Positions 16,850 to 26,304 of a stretch of 38,844 nucleotides of DNA are shown here, piece after piece. Position 1 is the first letter of the stretch. The number at the start of each line of letters is the position of its first letter. The DNA lies in NCBI GenBank assembly GCA_041563675.1, contig JBFGRM010000001.1:1-38844 (forward strand), given 5' to 3'. The position numbers were made by a program, and so were the translations under genes. The DNA comes from Nitrospiraceae bacterium. Its GTDB lineage: Bacteria; Nitrospirota; Nitrospiria; Nitrospirales; Nitrospiraceae. Below the pieces are notes generated by a model that saw nothing but the letters and a program-made list of their open reading frames with translations, did not search any database and was not told the DNA's origin.

Positions 16850-16878
16850 AGTATACAGCCCGCCTGGTGGCTTGGCAA
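16850..16878 (-). promoter_or_regulatory. Candidate promoter TTGCCA-N17-TATACT for the FG-GAP lipoprotein gene
   Basis: The minus strand reads TTGCCAagccaccaggcgggctgTATACTcagccc. The -10 hexamer is exactly the loop of an 8-bp inverted repeat, GCGGGCTG/CAGCCCGC (16842-16863). Confidence 0.45.
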
Positions 16879-16980
16879 TGTGTCGGCGCGCCCGCCGCAG
16901 CATCCGTCGGCGCGCGAACTCCCCTCTAGAAGCCAGGGTGGCAACTGCGGTAGAATGCGCGCGAAAAGGAGGCACATGGC

Positions 16981-17304
16981 ATGGCTGAAATGGTCAAGAT
17001 TGAGCTGTCGATGTACGGCATCGCCGAAATCGTTAAGTGGTGCATTGACCGGAATAACGGTCGGATTCCCGGAGTGGATACGCCGGGGTTCAAGAAGATG
17101 CAGGAGCTGGTGGCGCAGCGTCCCAAGGCGGGCGATTATCAGACCTTCGATCAGTTCTGGAAGAGAAAGGTCGAGTTGGAGTTGACGCCGCAGGAAGTGG
17201 CCACCATCGATCGGTGTCTGTACGACATCCCCAACTTCGAGAATGCGCAGCTGCCGCAAATTCGCCATCTGTTCTGGCCGAAACAGGAAGCCGAGGCGCA
17301 TTGA
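16981..17304 (+). CDS. Hypothetical 107-aa protein
   Basis: AAGGAGG (16966-16972) lies 8 nt before the ATG. A TAGAAT -10-like hexamer sits at 16951-16956. No family recognised. Confidence 0.65.
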   Translation: MAEMVKIELSMYGIAEIVKWCIDRNNGRIPGVDTPGFKKMQELVAQRPKAGDYQTFDQFWKRKVELELTPQEVATIDRCLYDIPNFENAQLPQIRHLFWPKQEAEAH

Positions 17305-17480
17305 CGGGGCCGTCCTTCGCCGGACGTCTTGAAAACGGCGCAGACGATCAGACCGCGACTCTCCGGGATCCGGAAGGCAAGGCGCTTTTTGGGGTGCTAT
17401 CGGAAGGGGGGCGAGCGAATCGTTGCGGGACGCCGTGGGGTCGCAGAGAAGCGTGCGGTCTTCGGCGCCGGGTGCGAGCG

Positions 17481-18473
17481 CTATAGAGTGCCCTCCCCTT
17501 TCAGGTACTTTCGAAATCGGTCCATCAGCTCCTCCCCCAGCGTTCCCATCTCGGGCTTTTTCTTCATATATTCGCGTATTTCAGCGAGACGCTTTTCCGC
17601 CTGCTCGTTGCCCTGAAGACGCTTGACCCTTTCCAGGGCGTCCTCGAACGCATCGAACGTGAGTTCACGATATCCGAAGCTCCGGATACGCTTGACGGCT
17701 TTCATCATCGCCTCGTTCCGGAATTTGGTGAGATGCTCGGAATCGATCTCGCGTAATCCCAGCTTCCGAGCTCGACGCTCGGCGGCTTTTCTGATTCCAC
17801 TGCGGACGAAATCGGGTGAGGTCTGCAGGCGCTTCCAAGCGTCATCGGTCCAGAGGACGTCAGCCTGGGGAGCGTCCCACAGGCTGACGAGTGTCTCCTC
17901 GTCGATGCGCGTGAACCCCCGCTCCCTGGCAAGGTCCTCCGCATCACGCTTGACCATATCGGCGACGAAATCCATCGCAATCGCCGGGGACTGCTGTATT
18001 TTCGTCTGAAGCCGTGCGAGCGCGCCTTCCGTCCACTCCATCGGCGGCCCCGCCGCTTCCCTGATATCGCCCATCGCCTCCACCTTCTCGAACAGCTCGA
18101 CGTTGACCTCGAGATGCCCGCGTTCGGTGGCCACTTCCTCCGCGATCTGCTTGATCATGTGCCGCATGAACTCCGGGACGGTCTCCAGTCGTTCCTTGGC
18201 GGCGGCGGTCCAGGGCACGCCTCCTTGCTCCAGCGTCTCCGCCGCCGCCGTCATCCCTGCGGCCCCGCCCATCCGACCCATCATCTGGCTCTTGAACTGA
18301 TCCAGGAGCGGCGCCGTGATCTCCCGGTGCCCCAGTTCGCGCGCCTTCTTCTCGGCCAGACGTTTCACCATCCCGCGGAGAAAAACCGGCGCACGCTCCA
18401 TGCGTTGCAAGGCCTCCTCCGTCCAGACGATGTCCGCCGTCAGGGTCTCTTCTTGCGGGTGATCAGTCGCCAT
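17481..18473 (-). CDS. Protein made of four tandem PCP_red-type domains (the domain found at the C-terminus of protochlorophyllide reductase subunit B) plus a helical tail
   Basis: There are four repeats of W(T)..A..RL...P.F(V/M)R......E..AR..G...I, with the Trp at aa 17, 88, 147 and 208. The gene starts 23 nt after the ihfB stop. Confidence 0.8.
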   Translation of the reverse strand: MATDHPQEETLTADIVWTEEALQRMERAPVFLRGMVKRLAEKKARELGHREITAPLLDQFKSQMMGRMGGAAGMTAAAETLEQGGVPWTAAAKERLETVPEFMRHMIKQIAEEVATERGHLEVNVELFEKVEAMGDIREAAGPPMEWTEGALARLQTKIQQSPAIAMDFVADMVKRDAEDLARERGFTRIDEETLVSLWDAPQADVLWTDDAWKRLQTSPDFVRSGIRKAAERRARKLGLREIDSEHLTKFRNEAMMKAVKRIRSFGYRELTFDAFEDALERVKRLQGNEQAEKRLAEIREYMKKKPEMGTLGEELMDRFRKYLKGEGTL

Positions 18474-18496
18474 GATAGTCCCCGTTTCCCGTGCTG

Positions 18497-18775
18497 TTAC
18501 TTGTTCAGGAGCTCCTTGAGTTCCTTCCCGGCTTTGAAAAACGGCACCTTCTTTGCGGGCACCGACACGGTCGCGCCGGTCTTGGGGTTTCGGCCTTCCT
18601 TCATACGCCGTGACCGCAATCGGAAGCTCCCGAACCCGCGGATCTCCGTCTTGTCGCCGCGTTGCAGGGAATCGCGGATGCTGTTGAACATCGCGTTCAC
18701 GACGATCTCAGCCTGGCGCTTGGTCAGGGTGGTGACCTGCTCCGACACCCGCTCGATGATCTGCGCTTTCGTCAT
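18497..18775 (-). CDS. ihfB: Integration host factor beta / HU-family DNA-binding protein
   Basis: The sequence is MTKAQIIERV...EIRGFGSFRLRSRRMKEGRNPKTGATVSVPAKKVPFFKAGKELK. ATG 18775 is preceded by GGGGAGA. Confidence 0.9.
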   Translation of the reverse strand: MTKAQIIERVSEQVTTLTKRQAEIVVNAMFNSIRDSLQRGDKTEIRGFGSFRLRSRRMKEGRNPKTGATVSVPAKKVPFFKAGKELKELLNK

Positions 18776-18844
18776 GTCTGATCTCCCCATCCCAGGTCGC
18801 CCGCCCACCGCTGCGACCATGCTCCGTACTGACCCAAGGGACGA

Positions 18845-19747
18845 TTAAAAGGTCATCATATACTTCAGGCTTATGCCCGGCTGGAACTGGAGCTTGGGCA
18901 AGGAGCCGAAGACGTGGCTCTCGATCAGGTCACGAATCGAAAACGGCCTGCGCGGTTCGACCACGGTCGGCTTCCCCTCGATGCCGGCAAGATCGGCCGC
19001 GGTCTGGATGGCATCGTCGAGATTACCGAGCTCATCGACCAGCCTCGCAGCTCGTGCTTGACGCCCGGTGAAAATGCGCCCGTCTGCCAGGGACCGGACC
19101 TCCGAGGGGTCCAGCGCACGTCCTTCGGCCACCGCCTCGATGAACTGCTCATGCACGTCATCGAGCACGGCCTGCAAAATCTTCCGATCTTCCCCGCTCA
19201 TCTTGCGAAACGGCGACGCGAGATCCTTGTGGACGCCGCTTTTGATCACGACGCTCTCGACACCCACCTTTCTCATCAACCCCTGGAGATTGGCGAGCTC
19301 CATAATGACACCGATGCTGCCCGTCAGCGTGCCCGGATTCGCCATGATGCGATCGCTGGCGACGGCAATGTAGTACCCCCCCGATGCGGCCACCGTCCCC
19401 ATGGAGGCGACGACCTTCTTCTTGTTCTCGCTCCGAACCCGGATCACGGCGTCGTGGATCTCCTGTGAGGGCACGACTCCGCCCCCAGGGCTGTCGATCC
19501 TGAGCACAATCGCCTTGACCGACGGACTCTTGCCGAAGCGTTTGAGCTCGGAGACGGTCTCGTGCGCATCCAGAATAGCGCCCTCGACCCGAATGAGCCC
19601 GACCCTGTCCTCGACGCCCAGATCCACGTCGGCCAGAAGCAAGTTGCTCAGTAGGAGGACGCCGAATCCGGCCAGCAGAATCCAGAGCACGAGCCGGAAG
19701 GGCTTGCGCACGTGGGTGGACTGGCTGGTGGTGTCATCCGTCATCAA
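18845..19747 (-). CDS. sppA: Signal peptide peptidase SppA, 36K type (peptidase S49)
   Basis: An N-terminal TM segment, then RIDSPGG, AASGGYYIA, GSIGV and KSG..KD. Confidence 0.9.
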   Translation of the reverse strand: MMTDDTTSQSTHVRKPFRLVLWILLAGFGVLLLSNLLLADVDLGVEDRVGLIRVEGAILDAHETVSELKRFGKSPSVKAIVLRIDSPGGGVVPSQEIHDAVIRVRSENKKKVVASMGTVAASGGYYIAVASDRIMANPGTLTGSIGVIMELANLQGLMRKVGVESVVIKSGVHKDLASPFRKMSGEDRKILQAVLDDVHEQFIEAVAEGRALDPSEVRSLADGRIFTGRQARAARLVDELGNLDDAIQTAADLAGIEGKPTVVEPRRPFSIRDLIESHVFGSLPKLQFQPGISLKYMMTF

Positions 19748-19764
19748 GCGCTGCCTTCGGCGGG

Positions 19765-21486
19765 CTAACCCTCATCCTCGGAATCGGAGTCGGCCCGCTT
19801 CCTGCTCGTTTTTGCCGCGCGCGCCATGCTCTGGTCCACATCGCCCTGGCTCGCGTTGTACTCGTCGACCTGCCGACGCTCGGAGTCCATCTGATGCTCA
19901 CGCAGGCTGAGGGCGATCTTCCGCTCCTCGGGATCCACGCGAATGATCTTCGCGGTCACGTCCTCGGACAATTTGAATCGATCCTCGAGCTTTGCCTGGG
20001 GGTCCATTCCGGACTCGCTGATGTGAATCAATCCCTCGACCGCTCCGTCGAGCTCAACGAAGACGCCGAAGTCCGTGATCTTCGCGACTTTCCCGTTGAC
20101 CGTGTCGCCGACCTGGTAGCGTCCAGGGATTTCGCTGTCCCATGGATCTTCGGAGAGCTGCTTGTAGCCCAGGGACAAGCGCTCCTTCTCTTTGTCGATT
20201 CTCAGCACCACGGCCTCGACCTTCTGCCCCTTCTTGAAGACCTCCGAGGGGTGCTTGATGTGCTTGGTCCAGGACATGTCGGAGATGTGAATCAGACCGT
20301 CGATGCCTTCTTCGAGAGCGACGAAAGCACCGAAATCGGTCAGGCTCTTGACCTTGCCCTCTATCCGGGTTCCGGGCGGGTAACGGCTTTCCACCATATC
20401 CCAAGGATTGGGTGCCGTCTGCTTCATGCCCAAGGAGATTTTCCGGTTGGCCGAATCGACGTTCAGCACGACCGCTTCGACCTGGTCACTGACCGACACG
20501 ATGCGCGAGGGATGCCGCACCTCGTGAGTCCACGACATCTCGGAGACGTGCACGAGACCCTCCACCCCGGGCTCTAACTCCACGAAGGCGCCGTAATCCG
20601 TCAGACTGACCACACGGCCACGCACACGCGTGCCGACCGGATACCGGGAGTCGACGCTGGTCCACGGGTCGGCGGTCTTCTGCTTCAATCCCAGAGAGAT
20701 GCGGCCGGTCTCCCGGTCGTATTTCAGCACCACGACCCCCGCCCGGTCGCCCACGGAAAACACCTCGGACGGGTGCCCGACTCGACCCCAGGACATGTCT
20801 GTGATGTGGAGCAATCCGTCGATGCCGCCGAGATCGATGAAGGCCCCGTAATCCGTGATGTTCTTGACGGTGCCCTCAATCAGCTGTCCTTCCTTGAGGG
20901 TCGCCAGCGTGCTCTGGCGCTTCTTGTCCCGAGACTCCTCGAGGAGCACCCGGCGCGAGACCACCACATTACCCCGCCGATGATTGATCTTGATGATCTT
21001 CAGCTGAAAGGTTTTCCCGACGAGGGAATCCAGGTCGCGAACGGGATGCAGATCGATCTGCGAGCCGGGCAAGAAGGCTTTGACGCCGATGTCGACCATC
21101 ATGCCGCCCTTGATCCGAGAGAGCACGCGCCCTTCGATCACGGTCTCGTCCTTGTAGGCCTTTTCAAGCTCTTCCCAGATCTTCATCTTGTCCGCTTTCT
21201 CCTTGGACAAGACGAGATTGCCTTCCGCGTCCTCCCGCTCCTCGATGTACACTTGCACCGAGTCGCCCACCTTCAAGTTCTCAAGGTCCTCGGAGGAGAA
21301 CTGGTCCGAAGCGATCATCCCCTCGGACTTGTATCCAATGTCCACGACGACCTTGTCACGGCTGATGGCGACGACACGACCGTCGGTGATCGTCCCTTCG
21401 TCAAAATTGCGAAACGTCTCCTCATACAGCGCGGCCAGGGCGCCACGATCCAACTGCTCGTCTGTCTGCTTCGTGCTGCTATTCAT
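19765..21486 (-). CDS. rpsA: 30S ribosomal protein S1 (six S1 domains)
   Basis: Repeated G..V.G.V..I.D.GAF(V/I)(D/E)L.G.(D/E)GL(I/V)H(I/V)S(D/E) units, in a 573-aa protein. Confidence 0.95.
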   Translation of the reverse strand: MNSSTKQTDEQLDRGALAALYEETFRNFDEGTITDGRVVAISRDKVVVDIGYKSEGMIASDQFSSEDLENLKVGDSVQVYIEEREDAEGNLVLSKEKADKMKIWEELEKAYKDETVIEGRVLSRIKGGMMVDIGVKAFLPGSQIDLHPVRDLDSLVGKTFQLKIIKINHRRGNVVVSRRVLLEESRDKKRQSTLATLKEGQLIEGTVKNITDYGAFIDLGGIDGLLHITDMSWGRVGHPSEVFSVGDRAGVVVLKYDRETGRISLGLKQKTADPWTSVDSRYPVGTRVRGRVVSLTDYGAFVELEPGVEGLVHVSEMSWTHEVRHPSRIVSVSDQVEAVVLNVDSANRKISLGMKQTAPNPWDMVESRYPPGTRIEGKVKSLTDFGAFVALEEGIDGLIHISDMSWTKHIKHPSEVFKKGQKVEAVVLRIDKEKERLSLGYKQLSEDPWDSEIPGRYQVGDTVNGKVAKITDFGVFVELDGAVEGLIHISESGMDPQAKLEDRFKLSEDVTAKIIRVDPEERKIALSLREHQMDSERRQVDEYNASQGDVDQSMARAAKTSRKRADSDSEDEG

Positions 21487-21546
21487 AAACGCGATTCCAA
21501 TCGTCCGACTGCGGTCGGGTGCTGATGGGTGAATGCGACCGAGACC

Positions 21547-22248
21547 TCACTCAGCATGGCGAGGTCCGGTTGCCGGCTGGCTCTCGGGCGTCCCTGCCCG
21601 GTGAGAGCCCCCGGATCGTGATTTCGGTTGCGCAACCGCTCCGAGCTCGGCGATCCGTTCCATGACGGTCCGGCTGACATGTTGAAAAAATTGCTTTCCG
21701 GCATAGTGTGCGGCATTCGATGAGAAGTCGAGGGGCTCGCCGATCCGGACCCGGATCGGGCGAAGCCGGATCCACACCGCTCCCACCGGAAGGACATCGT
21801 GAGTCCCCTCCAGGTAGACCGGCAAGACGCGACAGCCCGTCTCCGCGACGATGATGCCGATGCCGGGCTTACCGGGCCCGAGTCGGCCGTCCTTTGACCG
21901 CGTCCCCTCCGGGTAAATGACGACTGCCTTGCCCCCCTTGATGAGCTCGATCGCCGTGCGAAAGCTCTCGCGATCCAGACGGTAGTGCCGCATGGGGATC
22001 CAGCCGAGGCGGCGCAGGAGGGGCCCAAGGAGGCGATTTGGAAACAGATCATACCGCCCGAGAAAATAGGCCCGTCGGGGCAGCGCGCACCCCAATGCCG
22101 GAATGTCGAGATAGCTGGCATGGTTCGCGGCGACGAGCAACCCTCCCTGCATGGGCACGTGTTCTTTGCCGAGGGTCCGAAACCGGAACAGCACCCGACC
22201 AACGGCGATGAACAGACCCCGAAAGCATCCATAGAAAAAACCGCTCAC
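21547..22248 (-). CDS. plsC: 1-acyl-sn-glycerol-3-phosphate acyltransferase
   Basis: The acyltransferase motifs are ANHASYLD (HX4D variant) and YPEGTRS. The start overlaps the cmk stop (22245-22248). Confidence 0.88.
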   Translation of the reverse strand: MSGFFYGCFRGLFIAVGRVLFRFRTLGKEHVPMQGGLLVAANHASYLDIPALGCALPRRAYFLGRYDLFPNRLLGPLLRRLGWIPMRHYRLDRESFRTAIELIKGGKAVVIYPEGTRSKDGRLGPGKPGIGIIVAETGCRVLPVYLEGTHDVLPVGAVWIRLRPIRVRIGEPLDFSSNAAHYAGKQFFQHVSRTVMERIAELGAVAQPKSRSGGSHRAGTPESQPATGPRHAE

Positions 22249-22931
22249 AGCCTAGCTTCGATCACCTCGAGCATGCGCGCGACAACGGTCTCGACCTCCA
22301 GCTTCGACGTGTCGATCGAGCAGGCGTCAGGCGGCACGACCAGCGGCGCCTGCGTGCGCGTGCGATCCCGGGTGTCACGCTCCTCGATCTGACGTTTCGT
22401 CTCGTCCAGGCCGGCGGTATGCCCCGAAGCCCGAACGTCCCGGTGGCGCCGCTCGGCGCGTACCTGGACGTCGGCGTCCAGGAAAAACTTCACGTCGGCC
22501 TGCGGAAACACCTTCGTGCCCAGGTCGCGCCCTTCCGCCACGGTGCCCCGGCCAGCCGCGATCCCGCGCTGCACTGGCAGCAGCCACTCCCTCACCACCG
22601 GATAGGCGGACACGACCGAGGCGATCGCGCTGATCTCCGGTGTTCTGATCTCCTCGGCGACGTCTCCTCCGTCGACGAGGACGCGCGTGCAGCCCAACGC
22701 CGGCTCGAGCGTAACGGTGGTCGCGGGGAGGAGCGCGGCCACGGCATCCGGGTAATGCGGATCCACGCCGGACGCGTTGACCTTCCAGGCCAGGGCCCGG
22801 TACAAGGCACCGGAATCGAGGTAGAGATACCCCAGGCGCGAGGCCAGCAGCCTCGCGACGGTACTTTTCCCCACGCCTGCGGGACCGTCAATGGTAATGA
22901 CGAAGCTCCGGGCGGAGGCTCGTTCCTGCAA
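22245..22931 (-). CDS. cmk: Cytidylate kinase
   Basis: Motifs are ITIDGPAGVGKSTVARLLA..LGY.YLDSGALYRA and GRDLGT.VFP.A..KFFL.A....RA.RR. Confidence 0.93.
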   Translation of the reverse strand: MQERASARSFVITIDGPAGVGKSTVARLLASRLGYLYLDSGALYRALAWKVNASGVDPHYPDAVAALLPATTVTLEPALGCTRVLVDGGDVAEEIRTPEISAIASVVSAYPVVREWLLPVQRGIAAGRGTVAEGRDLGTKVFPQADVKFFLDADVQVRAERRHRDVRASGHTAGLDETKRQIEERDTRDRTRTQAPLVVPPDACSIDTSKLEVETVVARMLEVIEARL

Positions 22932-22954
22932 GCTATCAACAGGCCGGCTGTGTA

Positions 22955-24301
22955 TTATAGCTTCCCCCAGGATGATGTCAATAATTCCAATAGCTTGCTT
23001 TCGAATCCAGGGAACGAGGTCTCGATCGAGTCGGCCTGGTCGATATGGACCGGCGTATCGGCGAGCAGGGCCGCAACAGCCAACGACATGGCGACGCGAT
23101 GGTCCCCGTGACTGGTGAAGCGCCCCCCCTTCAGCAGGGGTGTCTTACCACGACCGACGCCCCTGATGCGGGCCCCGTCCGGGGTTTGCTCGATCCCGAC
23201 ACCCATCTTCCCGAGCTCCGAAGCCATGGTGGCGATCCGATCGCTCTCCTTGTGCCTCAGCTCCTCGGCCCCCGTGATGTCGGTCTCTCCCTCGGCCAGG
23301 GCCGCCGCCACGAACAAGATCGGAAACTCATCAATGGTCTGAGGGATGCGCTCCGCCCCAATACTCACCCCGTGCAACGCCGCGGAGCGAATGCGCAGAT
23401 CCGCCACGGGTTCCCCGCCCTCCTCGCGCAACCGGAGCAGCTGGAGGTCGCCTCCCATCTCCCTCAGGATGTCGAGACATCCCGTGCGGGTCGGATTGAC
23501 ACCCACCCCCTGGATGGTCACGTCGGAACCGGGGATCACCGAGGCGGCCACGGCAAAAAACGCGGCGGCTGAGAGGTCACCAGGCACTACCATCGTCCGT
23601 GGACCGCTCCAGCCCACCGACTGCCGCCCCTCGACCTCCACCGTCGTGCCGTCGACACGAATTGGCACGCCAAGGCTCCGGAGCATCCGCTCGGTATGGT
23701 CGCGCGACGGCCTGGGCTCGACGATCCGCGTGGTGCCCTCGGCGAACAGTCCGGCCAGGAGCAGCGCCGATTTCACCTGCGCGCTGGCGACGGGCGACTC
23801 ATACGTGATGCCGCGGAGACGACTTCCCGAGACCGCCAGCGGGGCCAGCTCCCCGCCCTTTCGGCCAGTGATGGTCGCCCCCATCTGGCGGAGGGGCCGG
23901 ACGATCCGTCCCATCGGCCGGCGCCTGATCGACTCATCCCCCGTCAGGACGGTGAAAAAATCCTGCCCCGCCAGCAGGCCGGCTAGCAACCGGATGCCGG
24001 TCCCGGAGTTCCCGCAATCGATCGGTCGGTCGGGCTCCGCGAGTCCCCACCGCCCCTTCCCTGAAACGCGGAGCGCATCGGGCGTCTCCTGAATCTGGAT
24101 GCCCATCGCCCTGAACGCGCGCGCGGTGTTGAGGCAGTCTTCGCCGGGGCAGTACCCGGCGATCATGGTCTCGCCCTCGGCCAGCGCGCTGAGCACGATG
24201 GCCCGATGCGTGATGGACTTATCGCCGGGAACCGTGGCGGTACCCCGCAGGGGCCCGCCGGCCGCCTTGATCGTCAGTGTCTTCATGCCATGGGCCATCA
24301 T
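22955..24301 (-). CDS. aroA: 3-phosphoshikimate 1-carboxyvinyltransferase (EPSP synthase)
   Basis: Motifs are VPGDKSITHRA, NSGTGIRLL, LRRRPMGR, KESDR and HGDHRVAMS. An alternative start is ATG 24286 (MKTLTI...). Confidence 0.93.
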   Translation of the reverse strand: MMAHGMKTLTIKAAGGPLRGTATVPGDKSITHRAIVLSALAEGETMIAGYCPGEDCLNTARAFRAMGIQIQETPDALRVSGKGRWGLAEPDRPIDCGNSGTGIRLLAGLLAGQDFFTVLTGDESIRRRPMGRIVRPLRQMGATITGRKGGELAPLAVSGSRLRGITYESPVASAQVKSALLLAGLFAEGTTRIVEPRPSRDHTERMLRSLGVPIRVDGTTVEVEGRQSVGWSGPRTMVVPGDLSAAAFFAVAASVIPGSDVTIQGVGVNPTRTGCLDILREMGGDLQLLRLREEGGEPVADLRIRSAALHGVSIGAERIPQTIDEFPILFVAAALAEGETDITGAEELRHKESDRIATMASELGKMGVGIEQTPDGARIRGVGRGKTPLLKGGRFTSHGDHRVAMSLAVAALLADTPVHIDQADSIETSFPGFESKLLELLTSSWGKL

Positions 24302-24313
24302 CGGGACAGGTCG

Positions 24314-25210
24314 TTAGTGAACCCGTTCGCGCAGTTGCTTGGCACGCGCCATCAGCTTTTCCAGCCCGGCGGCATCGCCCGCGTTGACCAAGGCCCGGAA
24401 CTCCGCCAGGTGTCGCTCATAGACCTCGATCATGCGCACGAGGTTGTCGCGATTCCAGAGACAGATGTCGCGCCACATTTCCGGTGAGCTGGCCGCGATG
24501 CGGGTCGTGTCACGCAGCCCGCCGCCGCCGTAGGCCAGGAGGTCCTGCTCCGGCTTCACCCGATCTTCGAGTTCCCCCAAGGCCGTCATCAGCGAGAATG
24601 CCGCGGCATGGGGCAGGTGACTGACCGCCCCTAGAACCTCGTCGTGCACGAAGGGATCCATGGTCAGCACCGTGCTGCCGGCCTGCTCCCACAGGGAGCG
24701 CACGGTCCCCAGCGCCTCCTGGCTGGTGCGCGCAGTCGGCGTGATGATGCAGCGGGTGCCGCGAAACAGATCCGGGGAGCCGGCGGCTACCCCTACCTTC
24801 TCCTTGCCGGCGATCGGATGCGCGCCGACAAAGTGGACCTGCGGCGGGAGCAAGCCTTCGGTTCGCTCGACCAAGGGGCCCTTCACACTGCCGACGTCGG
24901 TGACGACGCAGCCTCGGCTCAACTGTCCGGCCCAGAGGCTGAGCTGGCGCTCATACGTGTCCACCGGGGTGGCAAGGACCACGAGGTCAGCGTCGCGGAC
25001 GCCTTCGGCCGCGTCTCGCACAAACCGGTCGATGGCCCCCAGACGCTGCGCCGCCTCGAGATTCTCGATACGCCGGCCGATCCCGACGACGGTCTCAGCC
25101 ATTGCCAGCCGCTTGAGGACCATGCCCAGCGACCCGCCGATGAGCCCGACACCGATAATGGCGACGTGTTTGAAACGGGGAGTCATGCGCTCCTTACTCA
25201 CGGGTGACAA
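24314..25210 (-). CDS. tyrA: Prephenate dehydrogenase
   Basis: The Rossmann motif is VAIIGVGLIGGSLG. Also DVGSVK, HFVGAHPIAG and SHLPH. Confidence 0.88.
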   Translation of the reverse strand: MSPVSKERMTPRFKHVAIIGVGLIGGSLGMVLKRLAMAETVVGIGRRIENLEAAQRLGAIDRFVRDAAEGVRDADLVVLATPVDTYERQLSLWAGQLSRGCVVTDVGSVKGPLVERTEGLLPPQVHFVGAHPIAGKEKVGVAAGSPDLFRGTRCIITPTARTSQEALGTVRSLWEQAGSTVLTMDPFVHDEVLGAVSHLPHAAAFSLMTALGELEDRVKPEQDLLAYGGGGLRDTTRIAASSPEMWRDICLWNRDNLVRMIEVYERHLAEFRALVNAGDAAGLEKLMARAKQLRERVH

Positions 25211-25275
25211 CCGGCCGAAAACAGGAGCGCCAGGCGGGAGGCAACGCGGAGATCAGTCTTCATTGCTTCGCACGG

Positions 25276-26289
25276 TCACATCTCACGCCCGATCGCGTTG
25301 GCGATCTTGGACAGCTCTTGCATCAGATCCTTGAACTTGGTCGGTTTGATCGACTCTTCGCCGTCGCACAACGCGCATTCCGGCTGCGAGTGCACTTCGA
25401 TCAACAGACCGTCCGCCCCGGCCGCCACCGCCGCCTTCGCCATGGGAGCCACCAGGTTCCATTTGCCGGTGGCATGACTCGGGTCGACGATAACCGGCAG
25501 ATGGGACAGCTCCTTCAAGGCCGGCACGGCCGCCAAATCCAAGGTGTTGCGGTATTGCGTCTCGAACGTCCGGATCCCGCGTTCGCACAACATCACATTC
25601 CGGTTGCCTCGAGACATGATGTACTCGGCAGACAAGAGAAACTCTTTGATTGTCGCGGACAGTCCTCGTTTCATGAGGACCGGCTTGTCGTAGGATCCCA
25701 CCTCTTTCAGCAGCTCGAAGTTCTGCATGTTGCGCGCACCGATCTGGATGATGTCGGCTTTGGCGAGAAACAGCTCAATATCGCGTGGGTCCAGGATCTC
25801 GCTGACCACGGGAAGCCCCGTCTGCTTCTTCGCTTCCAGCAGATAGTCCAGACCTTCACGCCCGACTCCCTGAAAAGAGTACGGGCTGGTGCGCGGTTTG
25901 TACGCCCCTCCCCTGAGCACGCTGGCCCCCGCAGCCTTCACCTCATGGGCAATGCCCACGGTGAGCTCGAGTTTCTCCACCGCGCAGGGCCCCGCCATCA
26001 TGGCGATCTTCTTGCCCCCAATCTTGACGCCGTCCACCTCGATCACCGTGTTCTCTTGCTTGAACTCCCGGCTCACCAGTTTCCACGGGGCCAGAATCGG
26101 CGTGACGCTTTCCACTCCGGGAAAGGCTGTGAGGGGCTGATTCTGGAGCAGGCGATCGTCTCCGATGATGCCGACGATGGTGCGCTCCTCCCCCTTTGAC
26201 AGATGGGTCTTGAAGCCCAGCTCCCGAAGTCGATCCAGGAGGTGGTCTACCTGAGATTCGCTGGCGTCTGGTCGCAAGACAATGATCAT
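25276..26289 (-). CDS. aroF: 3-deoxy-7-phosphoheptulonate (DAHP) synthase, type I-beta, with an N-terminal ferredoxin-like regulatory domain
   Basis: The N-terminal [13 protein letters not shown]...L...G resembles the Thermotoga-type regulatory domain. The core carries [30 protein letters not shown] and DPSHATG. Confidence 0.9.
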   Translation of the reverse strand: MIIVLRPDASESQVDHLLDRLRELGFKTHLSKGEERTIVGIIGDDRLLQNQPLTAFPGVESVTPILAPWKLVSREFKQENTVIEVDGVKIGGKKIAMMAGPCAVEKLELTVGIAHEVKAAGASVLRGGAYKPRTSPYSFQGVGREGLDYLLEAKKQTGLPVVSEILDPRDIELFLAKADIIQIGARNMQNFELLKEVGSYDKPVLMKRGLSATIKEFLLSAEYIMSRGNRNVMLCERGIRTFETQYRNTLDLAAVPALKELSHLPVIVDPSHATGKWNLVAPMAKAAVAAGADGLLIEVHSQPECALCDGEESIKPTKFKDLMQELSKIANAIGREM

Positions 26290-26304
26290 AGTCCCCTCTG
26301 GGCG

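Noticed and set aside
17305-17480. A search for a rho-independent terminator at the end of the long minus-strand array
   Set aside because: Only weak 5-bp stems (CGTCC/GGACG, TCCGG/CCGGA) are present, with no adjacent U-tract, so nothing convincing enough to annotate. Termination may be Rho-dependent.
21483-22232. A 249-aa same-strand ORF overlapping plsC in another frame
   Set aside because: The 21547..22248 frame carries the acyltransferase motifs (NHASYLD, YPEGTRS). The alternative frame is Ser/Arg/Pro/Cys-rich with no motif.
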